Part shown: positions 1 through 11,385 of the stretch, piece by piece
Layout of the letters: each line of letters starts with the position of its first letter
Numbering within the stretch: position 1 is the stretch's first letter
Origin: Octopus vulgaris
Taxonomy: Eukaryota
Direction: 5' to 3'
Length of the DNA: 64,000 bases
NCBI GenBank assembly: GCA_951406725.2
Contig: OX597819.1
Location: 14,632,001-14,696,000 of the forward strand
Position numbers and translations under genes: made by a program
The notes under the pieces: generated by a model
The model's database searches: none
What the model was told of the DNA's origin: nothing
What the model saw: the letters and a program-made list of their open reading frames with translations, nothing else

Positions 1-51
1 AGACTGTTTTTAGCAGATCTCCAAATCGGGCTCATGGCAGGCAATGGATTA

Positions 52-262
52 AGAGCGAGCTGGCAGAATCGTTAGCATTATGGACAAAGTGGTTAGCGGC
101 ATTTCGTCCGTCTTCATGTTCTGAGTTCAAATGCCACCTAAGTTGACGTTGCCATTTTTCCTTTCAGAGTCGATAAAATAAGTACCAGTGATGCATTGGG
201 GTTGGTGCAATCGATTTACACCTTATCCTGAAATTACTGGCCTTGTCTCATATTTCGAAACC
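52..262 (+). mobile_element. SINE family B (tRNA-derived head, Nin/Deu-like core), diverged copy
   Basis: gagctggcagaatcgttagc head, B-box-like gagttcaaat and core cctttcagagtcgataaaataagtaccag; homologous to the copies at 10658, 20340 and 46915. Confidence 0.8.
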
Positions 263-772
263 AATGTCTGTGAAATACTCGGCTACCGACGACTCGTTCC
301 GTTGTTCGGATAATTACATCGTCCATCGTCGAAATCGATGCAGATCCATTTTGTAGGATTACATTAACAAATGTATCTTCCCTTTTCTTTTCTTTTTTTT
401 TTTTGTACTGATGGTACTTTGGCTGCTATTTTTAGGATGGCAGTCGACCACATACAGACTCCTTCATTTATTCATCGTTAGTGATGTGCCATGGGGTGGT
501 GGTGGGTGTCGGGTGCGGTGGGAGGTTGACAGAAGAGAAGGGAACGTGGTAGCGTGGGGCGGGTGGGAGTGAGTGGGAGTGGGCGGGGCTGGGTATGTGG
601 ATGGTGTGATGTGGGAGAAGGGGGCGTCGTCAGCGTGCCGCAAATTAGTGAAGGGGAGGAGGGGGAGGAGGTAGAAGGTGGAGTGGTGCGAATGAAATGA
701 GGAAGATGTAAATGTAGGGAGAGGAGGAGTAGAAAGGGGCGGCGGTGAGTTTCGAGCAGAGAAGATTGTGGA

Positions 773-807
<35 letters not shown>

Positions 808-1147
808 GAGAGAGAGAGAACAAGGGGGAGAAGGGGAGGGTGCGAGAGATGTTCAGAGCAAATCTGTGCGAAGCTCGTTTCTATGAGTCAATATTAAGAA
901 AGTGCCGGAGGAAATTATCAGATTTAATCTACTGGACAAGGGTGGCTAAAAAAAATGATCTGCTGCAAATGTCCAGTCGTCTCTTGTTTTTTTTTTCTTC
1001 CTCCTCTTCCGCCAAATACAAGTAAATCAAACCTTTTACAGACATTGAACCAAGGAACAGTCTTCACGTGAGGGGCACGAAGTGGTTAAAATAGTCGCCA
1101 CCTCAAATCATATGCTGTAGTTTTGAAAAAGGGACGTGTGTGCGTGC

Positions 1148-1190
<43 letters not shown>

Positions 1191-1278
1191 AGTGACACAA
1201 AATGGAATTATCGAGACTGATTTTTCAAAAAATCACTACAATTGGTTCGACTCATTTTCGCACTCATTTCATATATTC

Positions 1279-1508
1279 TTACTCTTACTCTTTACTCTTT
1301 ACTTGTTTCAGTCATTTGACTGCGGCCATGCTGGAGCACCGCCTTTTAGTCGAGCAACTCGACCCCGGGACTTATTATTTTTGTAAGCCCAGTACTTATT
1401 CTATCGGTCTCTTTTTGCCGAACCGCTAAGTGACGGGGGACGTAAACACACCAGCATCGTTTGTCAAGCAATGCTAGGGGGACAAACACAGACACACAAA
1501 CACACACG

Positions 1509-1540
<32 letters not shown>

Positions 1541-1552
1541 CATATATACGAC
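1279..1552 (-). mobile_element. SINE family A, 3' half
   Basis: Matches the tail and body of the full copies (7465-7868, 16817-17238); head absent. Confidence 0.85.
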
Positions 1553-1933
1553 ATATATGTGATGTGCATGGTAAATGGATGGCAGAACTGGAGGTTAGAA
1601 GACATCGCAAGGCAATTATAAAATAAGAAAGATTAAGATGTAGAACGGCCAAACAACAGAAACCAGGATGAAGCAAGAAGCATAAGTGGCATAATTCAAG
1701 TCAAGGAAGAAACTACAAAAAAAAAAGTACTACCAACGTGAATTTCTATTGTTTGATGACATCAGGTTGCCAATAACTGTGGTCGAGCTTTGCACAACAT
1801 TTTAGAAGGCTTTTACTGGAATCTCACTTAAGTGTGTGTATATCTTAAATCTTCGGATTTTTTTTTAATATGCAAGACCACTGGTTTAAATTGATGTTAA
1901 TTGATTGATATTAATTTCTACCCTCATTATTTA

Positions 1934-2033
<100 letters not shown>

Positions 2034-2716
2034 AAGGACAACCTCTTAATAAGGAAAACTTAACAAGAAATTATCGGGTAGATAGCGTGAAAAACCTCAT
2101 AAAAGAAAAAATTTCGAAAATAATTCTTTCTTATTGAACATATTAATTTATATATAGAGGGCATTATTATACATACATGCCACACGCTAAGAGGGACAAA
2201 ATTAGTCATTTCTACCAAAAATTTTACTAATCCGACCGAATGCAATTTTTCAAAGTAAGACATTTAAAAATATGGACTTGTATCACCTGTGATTTCATAC
2301 CTCTGTATTCATCAGCAAGTCTGGATGTATCATAAATAAACGAACCCACCTCGTCCAAGCCGAGCAGCTAACTGACCGACTTCAACGAACCACATGGGCT
2401 GGTTTACATATATTACATCCGGTAAGATGAATACAGAGGTATGAAATCACAGGTGATACAAGTCCATATTTTTAAATGTCTTACTTTGAAAAATTGCATT
2501 CGGTCGGATTAGTAAAATTTTTGGTAGAAATGACTAATTTTGTCCCTCTTAGCGTGTGGCATGTATGTATAATAATGCCCTCTATATATAAATTAATATG
2601 TTCAATAAGAAAGAATTATTTTCGAAATTTTTTCTTTTATGAGGTTTTTCACGCTATCTACCCGATAATTTCTTGTTAAGTTTTCCTTATTAAGAGGTTA
2701 TAAGAGGTTGTCCTTA
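2034..2716. mobile_element. Penelope-like inverted-repeat (fold-back) insertion within (TA)n
   Basis: 274-bp arms 2040-2313 and 2426-2699 are reverse complements (identical ORF translations on opposite strands), with a 112-bp spacer; a hammerhead overlaps the left arm/spacer junction. Confidence 0.75.
2275..2321 (-). ncRNA. Type I hammerhead ribozyme
   Basis: Minus strand reads GACTTG-CTGATGA-ATAC agag GTAT-GAAA-TCA cagg TGA-TA-CAAGTC: intact core, all three stems pair, predicted AUA cleavage triplet. Confidence 0.8.
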
Positions 2717-2721
2717 ATTGC

Positions 2722-2780
<59 letters not shown>

Positions 2781-2787
<7 letters not shown>

Positions 2788-2996
2788 GAAATGAAGAAAA
2801 TGCTGACAAAATAATTTAAGTAATTTAATTAATTTAATTAGGTGAAAGTTCTTTTTACCGGTTGCGCATTTGTTATGCTTATCGAAAGTTTTTAAGCATA
2901 ACAAATGCGCAACCGGTAAAAAGAACTTTCACCTAATTAAATTACTTAAATTACTTAAATTATTTTGTCAGCATTTTCTTAATTTCCTTTTTTATA
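2781..2996. repeat. About 100-bp-arm near-perfect palindrome next to (TA)n
   Basis: 2781-2881 is the reverse complement of about 2893-2996, with a short loop. Confidence 0.85.
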
Positions 2997-3033
2997 TATC
3001 ACAACTCGTGTTCCACATCTCGTTTTTTAAATA

Positions 3034-3178
<145 letters not shown>

Positions 3179-3577
3179 ATACAGTAATCCCATCGCGGGT
3201 GTTACATTCCAAATCCCCCGCAATAGGTGTGTATGTATGTATGTATGTATGTATGTATGTATATATAGATGTATAGATGTATGTACATATACGTATGTAT
3301 ATATGCATATATATAATGTTCTTTGCTTAGTTTTTCCTTGGGGCTAACCAGATTAGACCAATCTCAAGAATAATCAGCCGAAATTGTGAGGATAATCTGG
3401 TGCTTGACTGAGTATAGAGGGCTTCGAATGACCCGTCCTTGTTTTTCTTTGTATCAGCGAAGTAGAAACAGTACTGTACTGTATATTTTTTATTATTTTT
3501 ATAATTATTTTTATAATTTGCATATATTTATCTATAAAAAATATAAAACTGAGAAAGTGTGTTTGTCTGTCTGGAGA

Positions 3578-4472
3578 ATCGTGATCGCAACTGTGGAGGA
3601 GATTGAGAAGGTGCTGGAAAATATGAAAAACGTAATAACATTCCGAGCAACAGTGGAAGACCTGAATCGAATAACAGAGGAGATAGTGTTACTTGACGGT
3701 TTTGCACTAAGAATGAAGGTGGAGGGAAGACCGCCTGTGTGTTACGAATGTGGCGAAAAGGGACACATGAAGGCGAGATGCCCACGAAAAGAACAGAGAG
3801 AGACTACAGAAAAGGTCGAACAGGCAGTAACAGGTGAGAATAATGAGACAACAGAGGTCGAAGAATTCACACTAGTGGAAAGAAAAAGAAGGAGGAGCCG
3901 TAGGGTAAGCCCACCACCGACTAATCAGAAAAAGAAGAAAGAAGAGATGGAAAAGAAAGAGGTAACGAGAAAGAAAGATGATAAAAGTGAGACGGAAAAG
4001 GAAAGGGAAAAAATAATTGAGAAGATGTGTGAAAAAGAGTCAGAGAAGGAGGAAACAAATATGAAGATGATAGGTAAATTGACGGAAGACTCAGGACGAA
4101 ACGGAGAAACTGGTTACAGTAGAGACGGAGAAAGAGAAGGTCCTAGACTCAGAGAAGAGTATAGAGGAATCTATGATAGGAAGGGGAGTGGAGGAAGAAA
4201 AGAGAAAGCCGAGAGGAGGGAGTTACAAATGGAATTTCGTGACCTATTCCAAGAACGAGGAGGTGGAGAAAAAAATGGTAAAGTTCAAGCACATTATAAG
4301 GGTAAAGTTACCAAACGACGTGTACCCAGACAGTGTGAAGGCCATTGTGGTCGATAGGGAAACCTATAAGAAACTGAGACACATGTGCGGAAGTAAAATT
4401 GACCCAGCCGGAGCACTGGTGGAGTTTAATGAGCTGCCACCAGTAATCGTCCTGTTAGAACATATTACATGA
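3578..4472 (+). pseudogene. LINE ORF1 (gag-like zinc-knuckle) protein, frameshifted
   Basis: CX2CX4HX4C at about 3738-3782; overlapping ORFs 3386-4357 and 4173-4472. Confidence 0.75.
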
Positions 4473-4475
4473 GGC

Positions 4476-4720
4476 TGCTGATGATGCCTGTTGAGATAGA
4501 AACACGTCTCCCGACTGTCCTTCATCTTATCTCTAGACAATAGCAAGGTTCCCTAATGGCATGTCTTTTTCCTTTCTTTTTTTTGTGTGTTTATTACATT
4601 TCCCCAGTGTGTGCGCGCGCATGTCTCCTCCGATATTGGTTTGTTCAGCACTCCTGTAATGCAGCGGTTCGATAATCAAAGACTTTTTGGATAAACACAT
4701 CAGACTTCAACAATAAAACA
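4476..4720 (+). mobile_element. 245-bp non-coding retroposon starting with a hammerhead-like core
   Basis: 20-bp TSD tagaacatattacatgaggc (4456-4475 / 4721-4740); near-identical copy at 7915-8163. Confidence 0.85.
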
Positions 4721-5394
4721 TAGAACATATTACATGAGGCGTTAAAGAGGAATAGAAGTAAAATTAATATTTTTTTTTTAAAAAGAAGGAAAAAAGAAAG
4801 GAAAAAGTTTTGGAAAAAAAACCATAGATAGTGATTGTGTGTACAAATGTTCAAATGGTGCTGCATGAGGAGTGGGGTCCATGCAGCCATTCATCTTTCA
4901 TTATTATATAATATTCATACTCATTCGTTTTGTGTTTTTTGTTCCCACTGTGGTGTTTTGTCTGTCCTTGTAGTGTCCCCTCTGTATTAGTGGCCTGAGT
5001 GCCTAATAAAGAAAATGTCTTTATTTCTATTACTAGCGTATAGTATGCTACTCGATTCCTTGATGCAAAGCCTATACGATTTAGTATATGTGTTCTATGG
5101 TGTTGATTCAGTAATTATCGATCATCGTTAATTATACTCAATGTTAGAATGTTTGAGGTGGTTAATGTATGATGCTAATATCATGGAATTTTTTTTATAT
5201 TGGGGTGAATAAATGAATTCTTGTGTCCCCTATATCTATTTTTAAAATGAGTAGTACTCCCTATATAAATTTTCCTAAGTCCGGAGTGTTAAACTAATAA
5301 ACCTGTTTGCTGTTTACACACCCGTCTTCGTCTTTTGTTCGTTTCTTTTGTAAATTCCAAATATATATGTATGTATGTGTGTGTATGCATAAAT

Positions 5395-5439
<45 letters not shown>

Positions 5440-5499
5440 CTAGCATTAGTATGCACACAGACAGACAGACACACATTCTCAGTTTTATATATATAGAGA

Positions 5500-6275
5500 T
5501 ATATATATACAATACTGAGAATGTGTGTCTGTCTGTCTGTCTGTCTGTTTCCCTAAAACTTGAGAACTACACAACCAATTTCATTCAAATTTTACACATG
5601 CCTTACTTAGGGTCCATGTAGTTTCATGGGCAAAAAAATGTTCAACTTCTTGCCTAGAGCGAGCCCATAGCAATATCATATCTTCTCCACTATTTCAGTA
5701 ATACGTGTTAAAAGTGAAACAAAAACACCTCTCTATTGTATGTATATGGATGTATATATATATATATATAGATGTACATGTAATATGTACACATATATAT
5801 ACACATATATATATATGTATATATATATACACCCATACACACATACACACCCACACACACACCCACACACACACACAAACACAAACATACATAAGTGCAG
5901 GTGTGGCTGTGTGGTAACAAACTTGGTTCCAAAACACATGGTTCTCAGTTCAGTCCCACTGTGTGGTAGCTTGGCATGTGTCTTCTGCTATAGCCTCAGA
6001 CCAACCAAAGCCTGGTCAGTGGATTTTGTAGACAGAAACTGAAAGAAATCAATTGCATGTGTATGTATGTATATATGTAAGTCTATGTGTGTGTCTTCGT
6101 GTTTCTCTCTCATCACTGCTTCATAACTGGTGTTCGTTTATTTACATCCCCATAACTTACTGGTTTCACAAGAAGAAACTGATAGAATAAGTACCAGGCT
6201 TATCAAAATATAAAAAAGCACTACGAATTGTCTCATATTTTTGTTTGCCCACTCAGTTGTATCTATCAATTTATC

Positions 6276-6313
<38 letters not shown>

Positions 6314-6350
6314 TGTACGTGTGTGTGTATACATATATGTATACACATAT

Positions 6351-6428
<78 letters not shown>

Positions 6429-6947
6429 CATAGTTCTTGAACCGGTACTTCAAGTAACGACTAGGGTAGGGTAACTGACTGCTTATTGTGATCATTCGTA
6501 TTTTGGTTTCCTGTAGCTTTGCTCTCTTTTACAAACCCAGTGAACATATATTTCCTATTTCAAAGAAATTCAAACAATAGATATAAGACCCAAGTTAAAA
6601 AGATTTTCAACAATTCAACTTCTCTGGTTGACATTAAGATGCCCACCCCCAACAGGGGCCTTAACGCTCACATTTTAGAGCTCCATGACCTTCATTTTTT
6701 AGAAGTAAAATCTTTTTAACAGGTTCAATAACACTGGAATTTTGGAATATGCGCATAAAAATCAGTAGTATGGGATACATGTGGCACGATTACAATTTTT
6801 TTAAGGTTTGTATAGAGGGAAATAACCCTCATCTGCAATTTTGATGAAATTCGAAACATAGATATTCCAGTTCATTACAGAAAATATAACAGAAAAGTCT
6901 AATTCTTCAATTGAATGTAACCGGGCAACGCCGGGTATCTCTGCTAG
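5500..6947 (+). mobile_element. Non-autonomous Helitron, probably one element interrupted by SINE A and microsatellites
   Basis: 5' tatatataca/aa.actgagaatgtgtgtctgtctg type start; 3' hairpin ccgggcaacgccggg followed by CTAG|T at 6944-6948; continuity of the two ends is inferred. Confidence 0.55.
5893..6210 (+). mobile_element. SINE family A, diverged, tail missing
   Basis: tggctgtgtgg A box, gttcagtccc B box, homologous body. Confidence 0.8.
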
Positions 6948-7004
6948 TTTTATTATAAATGCAAAACAACAGCACACTCTCGCACCTCGAGTTTCGTTTT
7001 CCAT

Positions 7005-7317
7005 ACAGTATGTGCGATTCTTTTTTTACTCATCCGCGGTACACTACGTATTTTCTTTTGATATTTTCTAATTAATGTGCTATACAGTGAAGTACTGTAC
7101 TGTGCTTTTATTTATTAATTCATTAAGTTTTAGGCGTGAAAATGCTTATTTTACCACAGAAATAATTAAAATCTAAAAATATATAAATTCCTATTAGCTG
7201 CAGAAACCCGCGATATATCGAGGAGTCCACGATGTAAATTTACATATATTAACCAGAAAAATCCGCGATGTACTGAGGGCGCAGTAGGTGAACCGCGATA
7301 TGGCGAGTGATTACTGT
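7005..7317. mobile_element. Tigger/pogo-like DNA transposon end
   Basis: Ends gcgatatggcgagtgattactg|TA; a related TIR TA|cagtaatccc lies at 3182. Confidence 0.55.
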
Positions 7318-7464
7318 ACATACACACACATGCATATATTTATATGCATGTGTATGTATATGCCAGTGGCCAATCTGAATTCTTTTCTCTGGGCTTTTTT
7401 GTTTTTGTATAAATTATGCAAATTACGCAGGTAATAAATGTGTCCTGCTCCTCTTATATATACG

Positions 7465-7868
7465 CTTTTACTCTTTTACTTTTTTACTTGTTTCAGTCAT
7501 TTGACTGCGGCCATGCTGGAGCACCGCCTTTAGTCGAGCAAATCGACCCCGGAATTTATTCTTTGTAAGCCCAGTACTTATTCTATCGATCTCTTTTGCC
7601 GAACCGCTAAGTTACGGCGACGTAAACACACCAGCATCGGTTGTCAAGCAATGCTAGGGGGACAAACACACCCACACACACACATACATATATATACATA
7701 TATACGACAGGCTTCTTTCAGTTTCCGTCTACCAAATCCACTCACAAGGCATTGGTCGGCCCGGGGCTATAGAAGAAGACACTTGCCCAAGATGCCACGC
7801 AGTGGGACTGAACCCGGAACCATGTGGTTGGTTAGCAAGCTACTTACCACACAGCCACTCCTGCGCCT
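7465..7868 (-). mobile_element. SINE family A, full length
   Basis: Minus strand aggcgcaggagTGGCTGTGTGG...GGTTCAGTCCC Pol III boxes, internal (TA)/(TG) tract, (gtaaaaga)n tail. Confidence 0.9.
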
Positions 7869-7914
7869 ATGTCTATGTACCTTGGTAACTCGAGATATGT
7901 TAAAACAATTGTCC

Positions 7915-8163
7915 TGCTGATGATGCCTGTTGAGGTAGAAACACGTCTCCCGACTGTCCTTCATCTTATCTCTAGACAATAGCACTGTTCTCCAATGGCA
8001 TGTCTTTTTCCTTTCTTTTTTTTGTTTGTGTGTGTTTATTACATTTCCCCAGTGTGTGCGCGCGCATGTCTCCTCCGATATTGGTTTGTTCAGCACTCCT
8101 GTAATGCAGCGGTTCGATAATCAAAGACTTTTCGGATAAACACATCAGACTTCAACAATAAAA
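7915..8163 (+). mobile_element. Second copy of the 245-bp hammerhead-core element
   Basis: Same start (tgctgatgatgcc) and same end (caacaataaaa) as 4476-4720. Confidence 0.85.
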
Positions 8164-8352
8164 GACACTCGAGTCGATTTCATCGACTAATCTATTCAAA
8201 GCAATGCCCCAGCATGGCCTCTCTCACTTGACTGAAAAAAAATAAAAGGATACACCCCCCCACACACATGCATATATATAATCTATAATACTATATATGT
8301 ATAGTATTATATAGTATACACACACACACATGTATATATATATATATATATA

Positions 8353-8519
8353 TAAGCGCAGGAGTGGCTGGGTGGTAAGTAGCTTGCTTACCAGCCACGT
8401 GATTCTGGGTTCAGTCCCACTGTGTGGCAACTTGGGTAAGTGTCTTGTACTATAGCCTAGGGCTGACCAAAGCCTTGTGAGTGGATTTCGTAGACGCAAA
8501 CTGAAAGAAGCTCGTCGTA

Positions 8520-8563
<44 letters not shown>

Positions 8564-8772
8564 TCTGCATATATATGTATGTGTTTTGTGTGTCTGTGTT
8601 TGTCCAACCCCAAACATCGCTTGACAACCAATGCTGGTGTGTCTAAGTCCCCGTAACTTAGCGTTTCGGCATAAAAGACCGATAGAATAAGTACTAGGCT
8701 TACAAAGAATAAATCCTGGTGTCGATTTACTCCAGCATGACCGCAGTCAAATGACTGAAACAAGTAAAAGAA
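8353..8772 (+). mobile_element. SINE family A, near full length
   Basis: Head, body and tail homologous to the other copies. Confidence 0.9.
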
Positions 8773-9178
8773 AAACATATATATATTGCATGTATGTATA
8801 CACACAAACACGTGCGTGTTTGTGTGGGGGTGTGGGGGAGGGTGTGCACGGGTGTGGTGTGGGTGTATGTGTTATGATATTTCCCTTCCACCGACAATTA
8901 ACCCCTCTAAAACAAAACAAGGGAAAGAAAGAAAAGAAAGAACAAAAAAAAAGAGAAAATTATTATCGCCTTGGGAGAATAAGAATTAATCCTTCGTGTA
9001 ACCTCAGTGGTGGTGGTCGTGGGTGGGGGTGATTGGGTTTCGAATGAGGTCAGGATGGTCAAATGAAACGTCCGAAAGTTGTTATCGGAAGCAGAAATAT
9101 CGAAAACTTATCTTTCTTTTTTTTTTTCTTTTCTCTCCTGGGACTTGCACTCATTCACACTTTCCAAGTCCCATCCGT

Positions 9179-9231
<53 letters not shown>

Positions 9232-9469
9232 AACACGCGCGCGCGCGCATAACTGCTACCTCACCTCCATTCCCCCGTTCCCCCCTCCGCCCCCTCCGCC
9301 CCCGCTTGCTGCTTGAGAATAAGGAGTAAAAAGAATACAAGACAGGAATCAACTCCAACACGTCCCAGACCTGACTCATTCTTCATCCCCTAAACATGAC
9401 CTCATCCTCCAACACCTCAACACCAGATGGCGCTCTCACACTCTCCCACTCCTCTATCTCTGTCTCTGC

Positions 9470-9504
<35 letters not shown>

Positions 9505-9824
9505 CCTTCCTACCTCCTTCCCTGGCTCTTCTTCTCTCTCCCTGTCTCTCCCCCTCCCTCTCTTCCTCTCCCTGTCTCCACCACCCGTTTTGTCTCTCCT
9601 CTCTCGCTCCCTCTCTGTCGCTGTCTCTCCCACCCCCTCTCCTTCCCTCTCTCCTACTGTCCCTCCTATCTCTCACTCTCCATCGTTCTCTTTCCCTCTC
9701 CTTCTCTCACTCTCTCCCTCTCCCTCTAATCTGCTTTATTTCTAAACCTTCCTTCTTTCCTTCCGCTTGTCTTTCATTCTCTCCATCTCTCTCTTTTTTC
9801 CTTGTAGAAAGTATTTACATCGTT

Positions 9825-10520
9825 GTTGTTTAATCCTTGGCCTGCTTTCGCCAAACAGAACTATGATCAAAGACCTTCCGTCCATGGCCATCTTATTTTG
9901 TACACAGGAACACATTATTCGGCATATCCCATTTTTTACGACATTACTGAGTGATTTGAGCGAGATTTGGCTGCTATTTCATGCAGATCAAGAAACCTCA
10001 GCATTTTGTTTTCCCTTTTTATTTACGTGACTATCGTAACTTACAAAAATAGCGAAGCATGATGATATCAGGGAGGTCTGGCTACTATTTCTAGCACGTC
10101 GAAACATCTGCAAGTGTTCTTACAGCTTCGGTTCAATCCAAGTTCAACGTTGATTGAACTGATCTGTGATCAAAGCTATTCCTACCGTGACCATCCCATC
10201 ATTTTTAGAAACATCTAAGACTACATTATCCAATGTGTCCTTCACTCTTTGAAGATATTACTCAAAGAATTCGCAGCTATTTCCAGCACATCCAACGGCT
10301 TATAGAGGGCCACCTCCTAGACCCGCAAGAGTGTCATTCTTGGTGGTTTTGTCACTCCAAGTGCGCTTTAATCTAGCGCTCATATTATGAAAGATATTCC
10401 AAACGTGACCACCTCATCAGTTTTGTGTCTGATGGACTACAGTCTTTAATATATCACTTTAAATCGTTAATACTTGATTTGCAGGAGATATTGGTTGCTA
10501 TTTCTAGCAGGACGATCAAC
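9825..10520 (+). repeat. Cluster of about 4 diverged copies of an old dispersed repeat (gagatttggctgctatttctagca motif)
   Basis: Motif recurs at about 9965, 10080, 10275 and 10495, preceded in most copies by gatcaaag..attcc..ccgtgaccatcc. Confidence 0.7.
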
Positions 10521-10657
10521 GACGTTGAACATCAATTCTTGTTCTGATCATTGTTATCTTTGTTGCCTTCTTGGGGTTACTGAGGTCATTTTCACTCCTT
10601 TTAGCGTCCTTTCTCGAGGTATATGAAGATAAAAACAATATTGAATTGACAGAAAAT

Positions 10658-11385
10658 GGCGGCGAGCTGGCAGAAACGTTAGCACGCCGGGCGAAATGCT
10701 TAGCAGTATTTCGTCTGCCGCTACGTTCTGAGTTCAAATTCCGCCGAGGTCAACTTTGCCTTTCATCCTTTCGGGGTCGATTAAATAAGTACCAGTTACG
10801 CACTGGGGTCGATATAATCGTCTTAATCCGTTTGTCTGTCCTTGTTTGTCCTCTCTGTGTTTAGCCCCTTGTGGGTAGTAAAGAAATAGGTATTTCGTCT
10901 GCCGTTACATTCTGAGTTCAAATTCCGCCGAGGTCGACTTTGCTTTCATCCTTTCGGGGTCGATTAAATAAGTACCAGTTACGCACTGGGGTCGATATAA
11001 TCGTCTTAATCCGTTTGTCTGTCCTTGTTTGTCCTCTCTGTGTTTAGCCCCTTGTGGGTAGTAAAGAAATAGGTATTTCGTCTGCTGTTACATTCTGAGT
11101 TCAAATTCCGCCGAGGTCGACTTTGCTATCATCTTTTCGGGGTCGATAAATTAAGTACTAGTTACGCACTGGGGCCGATATAATCGACTTAATCCCTTGT
11201 TTGTCCCCTCTATGTTTAGCCCTCTGTGAGCAATAAAAAAATAAGAAACGTTAGCATACCGGGGGGCGAAATGCTTAGCGATATTTCGACTTTGCCTTTC
11301 ATTCTTTCGGGGTCGATAAATTAAGTACCAATTGGCTCCCTCCCCCCAAATTTCAGGCCTTGTGCATAGAGTAGAAAAGAATATT
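10658..11385 (+). mobile_element. SINE family B tandem array (one head plus about 183-bp units)
   Basis: Unit tatttcgtctg...aaagaaatagg repeats at about 10707, 10891 and 11074, then a partial copy. Confidence 0.9.

Larger units (their letters stand above)
3578..5015 (+). mobile_element. 5'-truncated ORF1-only (HAL1-like) L1/Tx1-type LINE derivative
   Basis: VEGRPPVCYECGEKGHMKARC CCHC knuckle, charged linker and frameshifted C-terminus (ORF 4173-4472), then a short 3' UTR ending aataaagaaaa; no ORF2. Confidence 0.65.

Noticed and set aside
556-592. G-quadruplex-compatible G tracts
   Set aside because: Part of a low-complexity G-rich stretch with no evidence of function.
3345-3405. Hammerhead in the ctcaaga...gaaa repeat
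   Set aside because: The core is not CUGANGA and stems II and III cannot be formed.
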